Below are positions 18,320 through 26,618 of a stretch of DNA of 64,000 bases, piece after piece. This DNA is from an uncultured Eubacteriales bacterium (GTDB lineage Bacteria > Actinomycetota > Coriobacteriia > Anaerosomatales > JAUVQN01). The notes under the pieces were generated by a model. It was not told the DNA's origin. It saw only the letters and a list, made by a program, of their open reading frames with translations, and ran no database searches. Within the stretch, counting starts at the first letter, position 1, and every line of letters starts with the position of its first letter. Where the stretch lies: NCBI GenBank assembly GCA_964406675.1, contig CAYOSP010000003.1, positions 63,007-127,006 on the forward strand, given 5' to 3'. The translations under genes were made by a program, and so were the position numbers.

Positions 18320-19384
18320 ATGTTAGAGACGGGCGCGAGCTATCTCGCGGTGATCAAGGTCGTGGGAGTGGGCGGCGGTGGGACGAATGCGGTGAACCGC
18401 ATGGTCGAGGCCGGTGTCAAGGGTGTCGAGTTCATCGCGGTGAACACCGACGCGCAGGCGCTGCTCATGTCCGATGCCGACTACAAGGTGCACATCGGCG
18501 TCGATCTCACCAAGGGGCTCGGCGCGGGAGCCGACCCGGATGTCGGCCTGCAGGCCGCGGAGGAGAACCGGGACGAGATCAAAGAGGCGCTGCAAGGCGC
18601 CGACATGGTCTTCATCACGGCCGGCGAGGGCGGCGGCACCGGCACCGGGGGCGCTCCGGTGATCGCGCAGGTCGCCAAGGAGGAGATCGGCGCGCTCACG
18701 GTCGCGGTGGTCACGCGGCCGTTCGCCTTCGAGGGCCGCAAGCGCGCGGCGCAGTCGGAAGAGGGTATCCAGCGGCTGCGGGACATGGTCGACACGCTCA
18801 TCGTCATCCCGAACGACCGGCTCCTGCAGGTCGCCGAGAAGAAGACCTCGATCCTAGACGCGTTCCGTATCGCAGACGACGTGTTGCGCCAGGGCACCCA
18901 GGGCATCACGGACCTCATCACCGTGCCGGGGCTCATCAACCTGGACTTCGCGGACGTGCGCGCGATCATGCACGACGCGGGCTCGGCGCTCATGGGCATC
19001 GGCCTCGCGTCCGGCGACAACCGTTCACAGGACGCGGCGAAGGCCGCGATATCGAGTCCGTTGCTCGAGTCGAGCATCGAGGGGGCGCGCGGCGTGCTGC
19101 TGAGCATCTCCGGCGGTTCCGATCTCGGGCTGTTCGAGGTGAACGAGGCGGCCGAGGTCGTGGCGCAGGCGGCGCACCCCGAGGCCAACATCATCTTCGG
19201 CGCGGTGATCGACGATTCGCTCACGGACCAGATCCGGGTCACCGTGATCGCCACCGGGTTCGAGGGGCGCCGCACCCAGCAGTCGATGGAGTTCTCGGAG
19301 GAGGGCGAGGAGCCCATGTCGGGGTTCGAGCCCGTCTCGGAGGACGACCTGGACATCCCCGCGTTCCTGAAGCGGGGCGAGTAG
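18320..19384 (+). CDS. ftsZ: cell division GTPase FtsZ
   Basis: Track ORF 18287..19384, trimmed to ATG 18320 (GGGGAGG SD). [10 protein letters not shown] and the tubulin signature [12 protein letters not shown]-terminal DIPAFLKR peptide. Confidence 0.95.
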   Translation: MLETGASYLAVIKVVGVGGGGTNAVNRMVEAGVKGVEFIAVNTDAQALLMSDADYKVHIGVDLTKGLGAGADPDVGLQAAEENRDEIKEALQGADMVFITAGEGGGTGTGGAPVIAQVAKEEIGALTVAVVTRPFAFEGRKRAAQSEEGIQRLRDMVDTLIVIPNDRLLQVAEKKTSILDAFRIADDVLRQGTQGITDLITVPGLINLDFADVRAIMHDAGSALMGIGLASGDNRSQDAAKAAISSPLLESSIEGARGVLLSISGGSDLGLFEVNEAAEVVAQAAHPEANIIFGAVIDDSLTDQIRVTVIATGFEGRRTQQSMEFSEEGEEPMSGFEPVSEDDLDIPAFLKRGE

Positions 19385-19409
19385 GGGGCGCAAGGACACC
19401 GAAGGACAT

Positions 19410-19443
19410 GGAAGGGCACGACGAAGGGAAGGGCACGACGAAG
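19410..19443. repeat. 17-bp x2 perfect tandem repeat (GGAAGGGCACGACGAAG)
   Basis: Counted directly. Lies just after the ftsZ stop and runs into the terminator hairpin. Confidence 0.85.
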
Positions 19444-19469
19444 GCCCGCGTCTGACGGCGCGGGCCTTC
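19440..19469. terminator. GC-rich hairpin between convergent genes (candidate bidirectional terminator)
   Basis: 11-bp perfect stem GAAGGCCCGCG / CGCGGGCCTTC with an 8-nt loop. No U-tract on either strand, so function is uncertain. Confidence 0.45.
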
Positions 19470-19509
19470 GCTTCGTCACGGGCGCCTCACGGCGATCGGG
19501 TGACCGATC

Positions 19510-20025
19510 CTACCGCTCCTCTCCGGTGGGAGGAGGCGGTGGGGGGGTCTCCGACGGGCCGCTGGGTGGTTCGGGCGGCGGAGGAGGCGGTGCGCTGCCT
19601 CCCGGAGGGGGCGGCGGCGCGGTCCTCGTCTGCGGTCCGGGTCCGGGTGGTGTCCCGCCCGGCGTCCCGCCTGCGGGACGACCGACGGTGCCCCTGCGGA
19701 CCTTCTTGTAGATCATGAAGTAGTACAGGATCGCCGCGAGCCAGTAGAAGCCGACGAGCCACGAGGCGAGCAGCACCACGAGCCACACGGTCTTCGAGTT
19801 GCCCGTCGAGTTCGGGTATTCGTACTCCTCGCGCTGGATGGAGTCGATGAGCATCCATACCCAGAAGGCGAGGAACGCGAGTCCGAGCAACGCCACGATG
19901 CCCCAACAGCCGCAGAAGACCAGGCCGACGGCGTCATCCGTGGTCTGCGCGTGAGACGGTGTGGCGGAGCCGAGGGATGCGACGAGCGCGGTACCGGTGA
20001 TCCAGAGTCTCTCCGTGCGCTTCAT
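19510..20025 (-). CDS. PLDc_N-like membrane protein with signal peptide and Pro-rich C-terminal tail
   Basis: Track ORF 19510..20049, trimmed to MKRTERL (GGGGAGGTGA SD). The core WVWMLIDSI...KTVWLVVLL...YY resembles the PLD-nuclease N-terminal (PLDc_N) two-helix domain. Tail is PPPPPGG/PPPPPPE. Confidence 0.6.
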   Translation of the reverse strand: MKRTERLWITGTALVASLGSATPSHAQTTDDAVGLVFCGCWGIVALLGLAFLAFWVWMLIDSIQREEYEYPNSTGNSKTVWLVVLLASWLVGFYWLAAILYYFMIYKKVRRGTVGRPAGGTPGGTPPGPGPQTRTAPPPPPGGSAPPPPPPEPPSGPSETPPPPPPTGEER

Positions 20026-20288
20026 CTCTTCACCTCCCCTCGGCCTCATATCGAGTCTTCTCCTCCCTTGCGACGGGACCGTACGGCTTCACGTGCTCGT
20101 GTCGTTCTATCTCGCCCGCACATGCTTCCGTGGTTCCGCCCTCGGGAAGGGTTTCCCCGACGAAAGGATATCCTTACCGGTATCGGTGCGAAAGGCATCG
20201 GCATGAAGACCGCGCTTCGGACGCGGCGACGGTGAGTGGACGAGTACATGAGTCGGGCGAGTGGACGATCGGACGGAGCCGTGCTCGC

Positions 20289-21161
20289 ATGACCGGAGGG
20301 ATCGGGTCACCGGACGCGCCACGCCTCACGCGCCGGGTCCTGGGCGGCGTGGCGCTGTGGACCGATCACGCTCTCGGTCGACACGGGATCCATGTCGGGT
20401 TCACGGAGCGTGCGGGCGGGGTGAGCGGATCGCCGTTCGGCTCGCTGAACCTCGCGACGCACGTGGGTGACGAACCCGAGGCGGTGGAGGAGAACCGCCG
20501 CCGCTTCCTCGGGGCGCTCCGCCTTCTCGGCTCGACCGGTGAACCGTCGCCGATCGGTGTCGTCACGGCCGAGCAGGTGCACGGGAGTCTGGCGAGGGTC
20601 GTGGGAGCCGCCGAGGCCGGTGACGACCCCCTCGGTCGCGATCCCGTGCCGGGTGCGGACGGGCTCGTGACGGCGGAGCCCGGCGTCGCGCTCATGCTCC
20701 TGTTCGCCGACTGCGTCCCCGTGGTGCTCGTCGCCCCGGGGGCACCTCGGGGCACCGGTGCACCGGCGGTCGCGGTGGCTCACGCCGGCTGGCGGGGCAT
20801 GGCCGACGGGGTGGTCGAGCGCACCATGGAGAGACTGTGCGAGCACGCTTCATGTAAGCCCTTTGACCTGCTGATATATGTGGGTCCACACATATGCGGT
20901 GAGTGCTACGAGGTCGGGAGGGACGTCCTTTCGCGTTTCCCGGAGGTTACTGATACGATGACCGCGACCCGAGGCGCGCTCGACCTCGCGACGGTCCTCG
21001 ATCGACGCCTGGATGCGATCGGGGTGCGGGCTCGGGCACGCGTCTCGTCGGGGATGTGTACCGCGGAACGGACCGACGCGTTCTTCTCGTACAGGGCTGA
21101 AGGGATCACCGGGCGCCACGCGGCGTTCGCGTGGATCCGGCGGGGTCCCTCCGGACGGTGA
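20289..21161 (+). CDS. pgeF: YfiH/PgeF family (laccase-domain) peptidoglycan editing factor / purine nucleoside phosphorylase
   Basis: Track ORF 20130..21161, trimmed to ATG 20289. Motifs AEQVHG, FADCVPV and HAGWRG. Confidence 0.85.
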   Translation: MTGGIGSPDAPRLTRRVLGGVALWTDHALGRHGIHVGFTERAGGVSGSPFGSLNLATHVGDEPEAVEENRRRFLGALRLLGSTGEPSPIGVVTAEQVHGSLARVVGAAEAGDDPLGRDPVPGADGLVTAEPGVALMLLFADCVPVVLVAPGAPRGTGAPAVAVAHAGWRGMADGVVERTMERLCEHASCKPFDLLIYVGPHICGECYEVGRDVLSRFPEVTDTMTATRGALDLATVLDRRLDAIGVRARARVSSGMCTAERTDAFFSYRAEGITGRHAAFAWIRRGPSGR

Positions 21162-21263
21162 TCCCATCCGGCCGATACGGTCGCGACGCACGGACGAACG
21201 ATGCGGATGTGCGGGCGAACACGGCGCGGGAATACCCACCCACGGCAGCTAGGGGGCCGCGAC

Positions 21264-21935
21264 ATGCGGGAGACATACAGGGCTGAACTGAAAGCGGTGC
21301 GCGGCCAAGCGGTGGACATCGGTCGCGAGCTCGTGATCACCATGACCTCCGACTGCGTGACCGCGCTCGTCGAGGGCAACGCGACACTGGCCCAGCGAGT
21401 GATCGACACCGACGAGGAGCTCGACCGCCGGTGTCTGGAGCTCGAGGAACACACGCTCGAACTCATCGCGACGCAGTCGCCCGTGGCCAAGGACCTGCGG
21501 CTACTCCACTCGCTGACCTACATCATCATCCACCTGGAGCGCATGGGCGATCTCGCGGTCAACATCGCGAAGGCCGCGCGCCGCACGGCGGACGCGGAGG
21601 GCCTCCAGACGATGTTCGACCTGGTGAAGGCGCAGGGGAACCTCGTGCACCGGGTGCTCGACTCGTGCTTCGAGGCGTTGGACACCTACGACCTGGCGCT
21701 CGCGCGGAAACTGCCCGACATGGACGAGCCCATCGACCACCTGTTCAAGCAGTTCTTCCGGGAGTTGGGCCGCCTGCACGAGGACGACGAGATCGAGCTC
21801 GCGAGCTCGATCGTGCTCGTCGCGCGATACCTCGAGCGGATCGCCGATCATGCGGTGGACATCGGTGAACGCGTCTCCTATCTGGTCACCGGGGACCTCG
21901 AAAGCGATGCCGAAGGCGCGACCGGCGAAGGGTGA
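21264..21935 (+). CDS. phoU: PhoU family phosphate-signalling regulator
   Basis: Track ORF trimmed to ATG 21264. Two PhoU repeats, with ERMGDLAVNIAK and ERIADHAVDIGE helices. Confidence 0.85.
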   Translation: MRETYRAELKAVRGQAVDIGRELVITMTSDCVTALVEGNATLAQRVIDTDEELDRRCLELEEHTLELIATQSPVAKDLRLLHSLTYIIIHLERMGDLAVNIAKAARRTADAEGLQTMFDLVKAQGNLVHRVLDSCFEALDTYDLALARKLPDMDEPIDHLFKQFFRELGRLHEDDEIELASSIVLVARYLERIADHAVDIGERVSYLVTGDLESDAEGATGEG

Positions 21936-21945
21936 GTGACCCGCT

Positions 21946-22638
21946 TTGAGCGCGATCGCCGAGAGATACCGGGCGGTGCGTGAGCGGGTGGGGGACGCGG
22001 CCGACGCGGCGGGGCGCGACCCTCGCGACGTCACCATCGTCGCGGTCTCGAAGACCGTGGGGCCCGCTGAGATCGAGAGCGCCGTGGCGGCCGGGGTGCG
22101 GGACTTCGGGGAGAATCGGGCACAGGAGTTCTACGCCAAGCAGTCGCTCTTCCCCGACGCGCGCTGGCATTTCGTCGGCACCCTACAGTCGCGCAAGGCC
22201 AAGTGGGTGGTCGGCAAGGCCGAGCTGATCCACTCCGTCGACCGTGTGAAGCTGCTGCGCGTCGTCGACGAGCTCGCAGCGGAGCAGGACATCGTGCAAC
22301 GCGTACTCTTGCAGGTCAACGTGAGCGGGGAGGAGTCCAAGCACGGATTCCCCGCGGAGGCGGTCGAGGACGTGCTCCGCGAGGCGGAGCGCTTCCCGCA
22401 CGTGTCGATCGAGGGGCTGATGACCATGGCGCCCCTCGGGCCGCCCGAGGCCGCGAGGCCGGTGTTCAGCGGGTTGGCGGACCTCTTTGCGAGCCTGGAC
22501 GGCATGCGCTTTACTGGAGTCGAGATGCATGAACTCTCCATGGGCATGACCAACGACTTCACGGTCGCGGTCGAGGAGGGATCCACCATGGTCCGGGTGG
22601 GCCGAGCCGTATTCGGGAACGGCCATCCCGGACGCTGA
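21946..22638 (+). CDS. yggS: YggS/YlmE family PLP homeostasis protein
   Basis: VAVSKT PLP-lysine motif, FGENRAQE, WHFVGTLQSRK, SMGMTNDF. Confidence 0.9.
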   Translation: MSAIAERYRAVRERVGDAADAAGRDPRDVTIVAVSKTVGPAEIESAVAAGVRDFGENRAQEFYAKQSLFPDARWHFVGTLQSRKAKWVVGKAELIHSVDRVKLLRVVDELAAEQDIVQRVLLQVNVSGEESKHGFPAEAVEDVLREAERFPHVSIEGLMTMAPLGPPEAARPVFSGLADLFASLDGMRFTGVEMHELSMGMTNDFTVAVEEGSTMVRVGRAVFGNGHPGR

Positions 22639-22655
22639 CGACGAGGAGCGTCGTT

Positions 22656-23195
22656 ATGTGGAACAGGATCAAGGAGTTGCTCGGCCTCGCCGACTACGAG
22701 GACGGATACTATGACGACGAATACGACGACGAATACGACGACGAGTACGAGGACGCGGAGGACGACGAGGTCGACCTCAGCGAACCGTTCGGTCGTCGGC
22801 TGTCGGAACCGTATCGGAGCCCCTACGCGGAGCGGCCGAGGTCGGTGCGGCGCGTCGAGCGCGAGCCCGACGTCGATCGCGCGCGTGAGGCGGCGCCCGC
22901 GCGCGGCGGTCCGCAGGTCAGGATGCATATCGTCGAGCCCAAGTCGTTCAACGAGGCGCAACAGATCGCGGATCGCTTCAAGGAGGGCGTGCCGGTGATC
23001 ATGAATCTCAGCGGCACGGACCCCGAGCCCTCCAAGCGGCTGCTCGATTTCACCTCCGGCCTCACCTACGGCCTCGAAGGCGGCCTGCGCAAGGTGTCGG
23101 ACCGGGTCTTCATGCTCACGCCCGAGAACGTGGACGTCTCCGCCGAGCAGCGGCGTCGTCTGCGTGACGAGGGCCTGTTCACCATGGACACATGA
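22656..23195 (+). CDS. sepF: cell division protein SepF
   Basis: The C-terminal DUF552 core (IVEPKSFNEAQQIADRFKEGVPVIMNL ... VFMLTPENV) is preceded by an acidic DDEY repeat linker. Confidence 0.9.
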   Translation: MWNRIKELLGLADYEDGYYDDEYDDEYDDEYEDAEDDEVDLSEPFGRRLSEPYRSPYAERPRSVRRVEREPDVDRAREAAPARGGPQVRMHIVEPKSFNEAQQIADRFKEGVPVIMNLSGTDPEPSKRLLDFTSGLTYGLEGGLRKVSDRVFMLTPENVDVSAEQRRRLRDEGLFTMDT

Positions 23196-23211
23196 GCGGC
23201 ACGGTGGGCAC

Positions 23212-24069
23212 ATGAGCGGCACGGGCGGTGCGACACTCGATGACGGCGGGACCATCCCCTCGCCGGTGATACTGGTCGGCGGCGGCCGGATGGGCGAGGC
23301 CATCGTCTCCGGGCTGCTCGCCGCCGGCACGCTCGGACCGGACGACCTCGTCGTGGTGGAGCCGAGGGACACGCGTCGCGACGAGCTGTCCTCCCGTCAC
23401 GGTGTCTCGACCGCTCCCACGCTCTCGGAGATCGGCGATCGCATGCCGACCGTCGTGCTCGCGGTCAAGCCGCAGGCGATGTCGGACGTGTTGGAGCAGG
23501 TGGGAGCCGCTCTCGTCCAGCGGAAGGCGTCGCCGCTCGTGATCTCCATCGCCGCCGGCGTGAGCACCGCGCGGATCGAGTCGGGACTGCCGAGGTCGGC
23601 CCGGGTGGTGCGGGTCATGCCGAACACTCCCGCACAGGTCCACGAGGGGATGAGCGTGATCAGCGGAGGCGCCGCCGCCACCGATGACGACGTGGCGGCG
23701 GTGATCCGGCTGTTCTCGGCGCTCGGCGACGTGGTCGTGGTCGAGGAGCGCCACCAGGACGCGTGCACCGCTGTGTCCGGGTCCGGGCCCGCCTACGTGG
23801 CGATCCTCGTGGACGCCCTCGCGCGGGCCGGTGTCTCGCAGGGGCTCTCCCGCGAGGTCGCACAGCGGCTCGCGCTGCAGACGGTCGGCGGGACGGCCGA
23901 GCTGTTGCGTGAGAGCGGCATGCACCCGGAGGAGCTGGTCGACGCGGTGTCGAGTCCGGGCGGGACCACGATCGCGGCCGTGGCCGAGCTCGAGCGGCTC
24001 GGATTCAGGGCGGCCGTCGGCGCCGCGGTCGCCGCGGCGGTCAGGCGTGCCGGGGAGTTGGGCGGATGA
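23212..24069 (+). CDS. proC: pyrroline-5-carboxylate reductase ProC
   Basis: Track ORF 23164..24069, trimmed to ATG 23212. GGGRMGEAI Rossmann motif, VMPNTPA, SGSGPAY, SPGGTT. Confidence 0.88.
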   Translation: MSGTGGATLDDGGTIPSPVILVGGGRMGEAIVSGLLAAGTLGPDDLVVVEPRDTRRDELSSRHGVSTAPTLSEIGDRMPTVVLAVKPQAMSDVLEQVGAALVQRKASPLVISIAAGVSTARIESGLPRSARVVRVMPNTPAQVHEGMSVISGGAAATDDDVAAVIRLFSALGDVVVVEERHQDACTAVSGSGPAYVAILVDALARAGVSQGLSREVAQRLALQTVGGTAELLRESGMHPEELVDAVSSPGGTTIAAVAELERLGFRAAVGAAVAAAVRRAGELGG

Positions 24070-24353
24070 GCGCGCTCACGATCATCGAGGTGCTTAGGGC
24101 GCTCATACAGTTCTACTCGATCCTCATCTTCGCCTATGTGATCACCTCGTGGTTCCAGGGCAGCGCGTTCGTCGCCGAGATCCGAGAGGTGCTCGGGACG
24201 CTCGTGGAGCCCTACCTCTCGCTCTTCCGGCGACTCATCCCGTCGCTCGGCGCGGGCGGCATGGGGATAGACTTCTCGCCGATCATCGCGCTGCTCGTAC
24301 TCCAGATAGTCGGGAACGCGGTGGTCAACATGGTGGCCTCGGCGTTACTCTGA
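24066..24353 (+). CDS. yggT: YggT/YlmG family membrane protein
   Basis: 95 aa, two TM helices, YggT pattern (ILIFAYVITSWF ... EPYLSLFRRLIP ... IDFSPII). ATGA overlap with proC. Confidence 0.85.
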   Translation: MSALTIIEVLRALIQFYSILIFAYVITSWFQGSAFVAEIREVLGTLVEPYLSLFRRLIPSLGAGGMGIDFSPIIALLVLQIVGNAVVNMVASALL

Positions 24354-24401
24354 TGCATCAAGGTCGCCGATAGACGGGCGCGTCCAGGAAGGGACCGGAT
24401 C

Positions 24402-25373
24402 ATGAAGCTCACCCCCATCGACATCCACCACAAGGAGTTCCGCCACTCCCTGCGCGGCTACAGCGAGGAGGAGGTCGACGAGTTCCTGGACGAGGTGGCG
24501 GACGAGTTCGAACGCCTCTTCAAAGAGAACATCGACCTCTCCGAGAAGATCGAGGGGCTGCAGGAGAAGCTGCGCGAGTACGCCGAGATGGAGCGCACCG
24601 TCCACAACACGATGGTCTCCGCGCAGCGCTCCGCGGAAGACATCGTCGCGCAGGCCGAGAAGGAGGCCGAGACCACCCGGAAGGACTCCGAACTGCGCGC
24701 CAAGGAGATCATCCACGCGGCGCTCGAGGAGAAGCAGCGCACTCAGCAGGAGTTCATGCGTCTCAAGCAGGCCGAGACCGAGTTCCGCCAGAAGTTCACC
24801 CGGATGCTCGAGGAGTACGCGCGGGCACTGAAGGAGATCGAGGTGCCCGAGGAGTTCGAGGCCCTCGCTACCGAGGACATCGAGGAGGAGGCCGTCTCAG
24901 CGGTGGCCTCGGTGACGCAGCGCGCCGGCGCCGGCTCGGGTCCGGCGCCCGAAGCCGCTCCTGCGCCCGAGAGCGCATCAGCAGCTCCGACGGGCGCTCC
25001 GGAGGCGACGCATGAGGAGTCGGGAGCCGCGGGACCGGCGACGGAGGAGCAGGCCGCGGGATCGACCGAGGGGCAGACCGCGGGGCCGGTCACCGAGCCT
25101 GCGACCCGGCCGGGATCGGCCGCCGACGAGGACGCCGCACCGTCCGAGGCTGCCGCACCGTCCGAGGCTGCCGCGGCGTCCGAGGGCGGTGGGGGCGAAT
25201 CGTCAGACGAGCCGCCGGCCTCGGGGTTCGTCACGAGCGTGCATCTGGGCGAGCTCGAGGAGGACGCGCCGGTGCAGGAGCCCGAGCTCGACGAGCCCTC
25301 CGAGTTCCAGCTGCCGAGCTTCGAGTCCTTCGGTGAGCGTGACGAGGACATGGACATCGAGGAGATCGACTGA
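24402..25373 (+). CDS. divIVA: DivIVA domain protein with low-complexity acidic C-terminus
   Basis: N-terminus MKLTPIDIHHKEFRHSLRGYSEEEVDEFLDEV is the DivIVA lipid-binding domain, followed by a coiled coil. The C-terminus carries an 18-bp x3 in-frame repeat (AAPSEA). Confidence 0.85.
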   Translation: MKLTPIDIHHKEFRHSLRGYSEEEVDEFLDEVADEFERLFKENIDLSEKIEGLQEKLREYAEMERTVHNTMVSAQRSAEDIVAQAEKEAETTRKDSELRAKEIIHAALEEKQRTQQEFMRLKQAETEFRQKFTRMLEEYARALKEIEVPEEFEALATEDIEEEAVSAVASVTQRAGAGSGPAPEAAPAPESASAAPTGAPEATHEESGAAGPATEEQAAGSTEGQTAGPVTEPATRPGSAADEDAAPSEAAAPSEAAAASEGGGGESSDEPPASGFVTSVHLGELEEDAPVQEPELDEPSEFQLPSFESFGERDEDMDIEEID

Positions 25374-25429
25374 GCGCATCGCTCGCCAGGCTGAGGGTCT
25401 ACGTCACCCCCAAGTCCGCTAGGGACGAG

Positions 25430-25660
25430 GTGGCGGGCTGGCGTGAGGGTGAACTCCGGGTGAAGGTCACCGCTCCGCCGGAAGACGGCAAGGCCAACTC
25501 GGCGGTGTGCAAGCTGCTCGGCAAGAGGCTCGGGGTACCCAAGAGCGCCGTGCGCGTCGTGCGGGGAGAGACCGCGCGACACAAACAGGTCGAGATCGAC
25601 GGCATCGACTCCAGGACGCTCGCTGAAGTGTTCGGTGATCCACCCGGGTCGCGGTCCTGA
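25430..25660 (+). CDS. DUF167 (YggU) family protein; true start probably upstream of the track start
   Basis: KVTAPPEDGKANSAVCKLLGKRLGVPKSAVRVVRGETARHKQVEI matches the YggU core. Similarity (LRVYVTPKSARDEV) continues upstream of GTG 25430 in the same frame, with no ATG/GTG/TTG there. Confidence 0.7.
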   Translation: MAGWREGELRVKVTAPPEDGKANSAVCKLLGKRLGVPKSAVRVVRGETARHKQVEIDGIDSRTLAEVFGDPPGSRS

Positions 25661-26196
25661 TGGAGCCGGCCGGTCTCGACATCTCGCGCGAAGACGATCG
25701 TCTCTCGATCACCATGCCGGTGGCGCCGAATCGCTGGCTCGTGGGGCTCGGGATCGGAGCCGCGGTGCCGTGGCTGGTCGCATTCGTGCTCGGAAGCGTG
25801 CTGGTCCCGCTCCTGGCACCCGATGGACTCCGGCGGACCGCCGTACTCGGCGCCATCGCGGTGAACCTGCTGTTCTTCATCGTGCACATGCTCGCCGTGA
25901 TGGGTGTATGGCTCGCCGTGTACAAGCTGCGCGGCTGCGAGCAGGTCGTCGTGACATCCGATCGGTTCGCCCTGCTCAGACGCGCGATGGGTATCACGGT
26001 GCCGCTCCGGTTGGGACGCACCACCCACGACCAGGTAGAGATGCTCGACCCCACCAAGACACCCGGCAAGGCCGCACACCCGCGCCTGGAGGTGCGTGCG
26101 GGTCGTTCCGCCGTCCGCTTCGGCGCCGGCCTGTCCGCGGCGGAGGCGATACGGGTGCACGATGTACTCGCCGAGGAGTTCGAGCGGCGTCCATGA
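25660..26196 (+). CDS. hypothetical membrane protein (3 TM helices plus a soluble C-terminal domain)
   Basis: 178-aa ORF. The ATG overlaps the DUF167 stop (TGATG). No family recognised. Confidence 0.55.
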   Translation: MEPAGLDISREDDRLSITMPVAPNRWLVGLGIGAAVPWLVAFVLGSVLVPLLAPDGLRRTAVLGAIAVNLLFFIVHMLAVMGVWLAVYKLRGCEQVVVTSDRFALLRRAMGITVPLRLGRTTHDQVEMLDPTKTPGKAAHPRLEVRAGRSAVRFGAGLSAAEAIRVHDVLAEEFERRP

Positions 26197-26383
26197 CGTT
26201 GACCGCCGCACACGGGCCGCGCTACTCTCGCCACGATGCGGCCACGCGGCCGCCGAGCACGACCGACGATACGGCGACGAGCACGACCGACGACATGGCG
26301 ATGACGAGGACGAGTAGGCCGGAGGCGCCTCCACAGCGAGCGGGGACCGTGCGAGCCCGCGGGTAGCGGACCGGATCGAACAT

Positions 26384-26554
26384 CACCTCATCAGCCTCGG
26401 ACCGAACCCGAGCCGCACGGCTCGGCGGGTAGGCTCCGACGGGAACTCCCGTTACAGAGTGACCGAGTGGCGTGCGGGTGACCTCGCGCAAGCTGGGTGG
26501 TACCGCGGAGCGAGACGCGCTTCGTCCCGGCAGTGGTGACGAGCGCGTTTTCTT
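26384..26554 (+). promoter_or_regulatory. T-box riboswitch leader of ileS
   Basis: The canonical T-box sequence AGCTGGGTGGTACCGCGGAG lies at 26491-26510. Its UGGU bulge would pair with an ACCA 3' end, as in tRNA-Ile. Stem-loops lie upstream (CCGAGCC-GCAC-GGCTCGG at 26408-26425; ACGGGA-AC-TCCCGT). Candidate Ile ATC specifier triplets occur only at 26374, 26382 and 26390. The 5' boundary is not determined. Confidence 0.8.
26514..26554 (+). terminator. T-box-controlled intrinsic terminator candidate
   Basis: Stem GACGCGCTTCGTC / GACGAGCGCGT (one bulge), 11-nt loop, followed by TTTTCTTGTG. The 5' arm starts 4 nt after the T-box sequence, as expected for a terminator/antiterminator switch. Confidence 0.6.
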
Positions 26555-26618
26555 GTGCCCGCGTGTGCCCGCGGACGCGGGACGCCGAACGCGCCGAGAC
26601 GGACGCGAAAGGGAGCCG

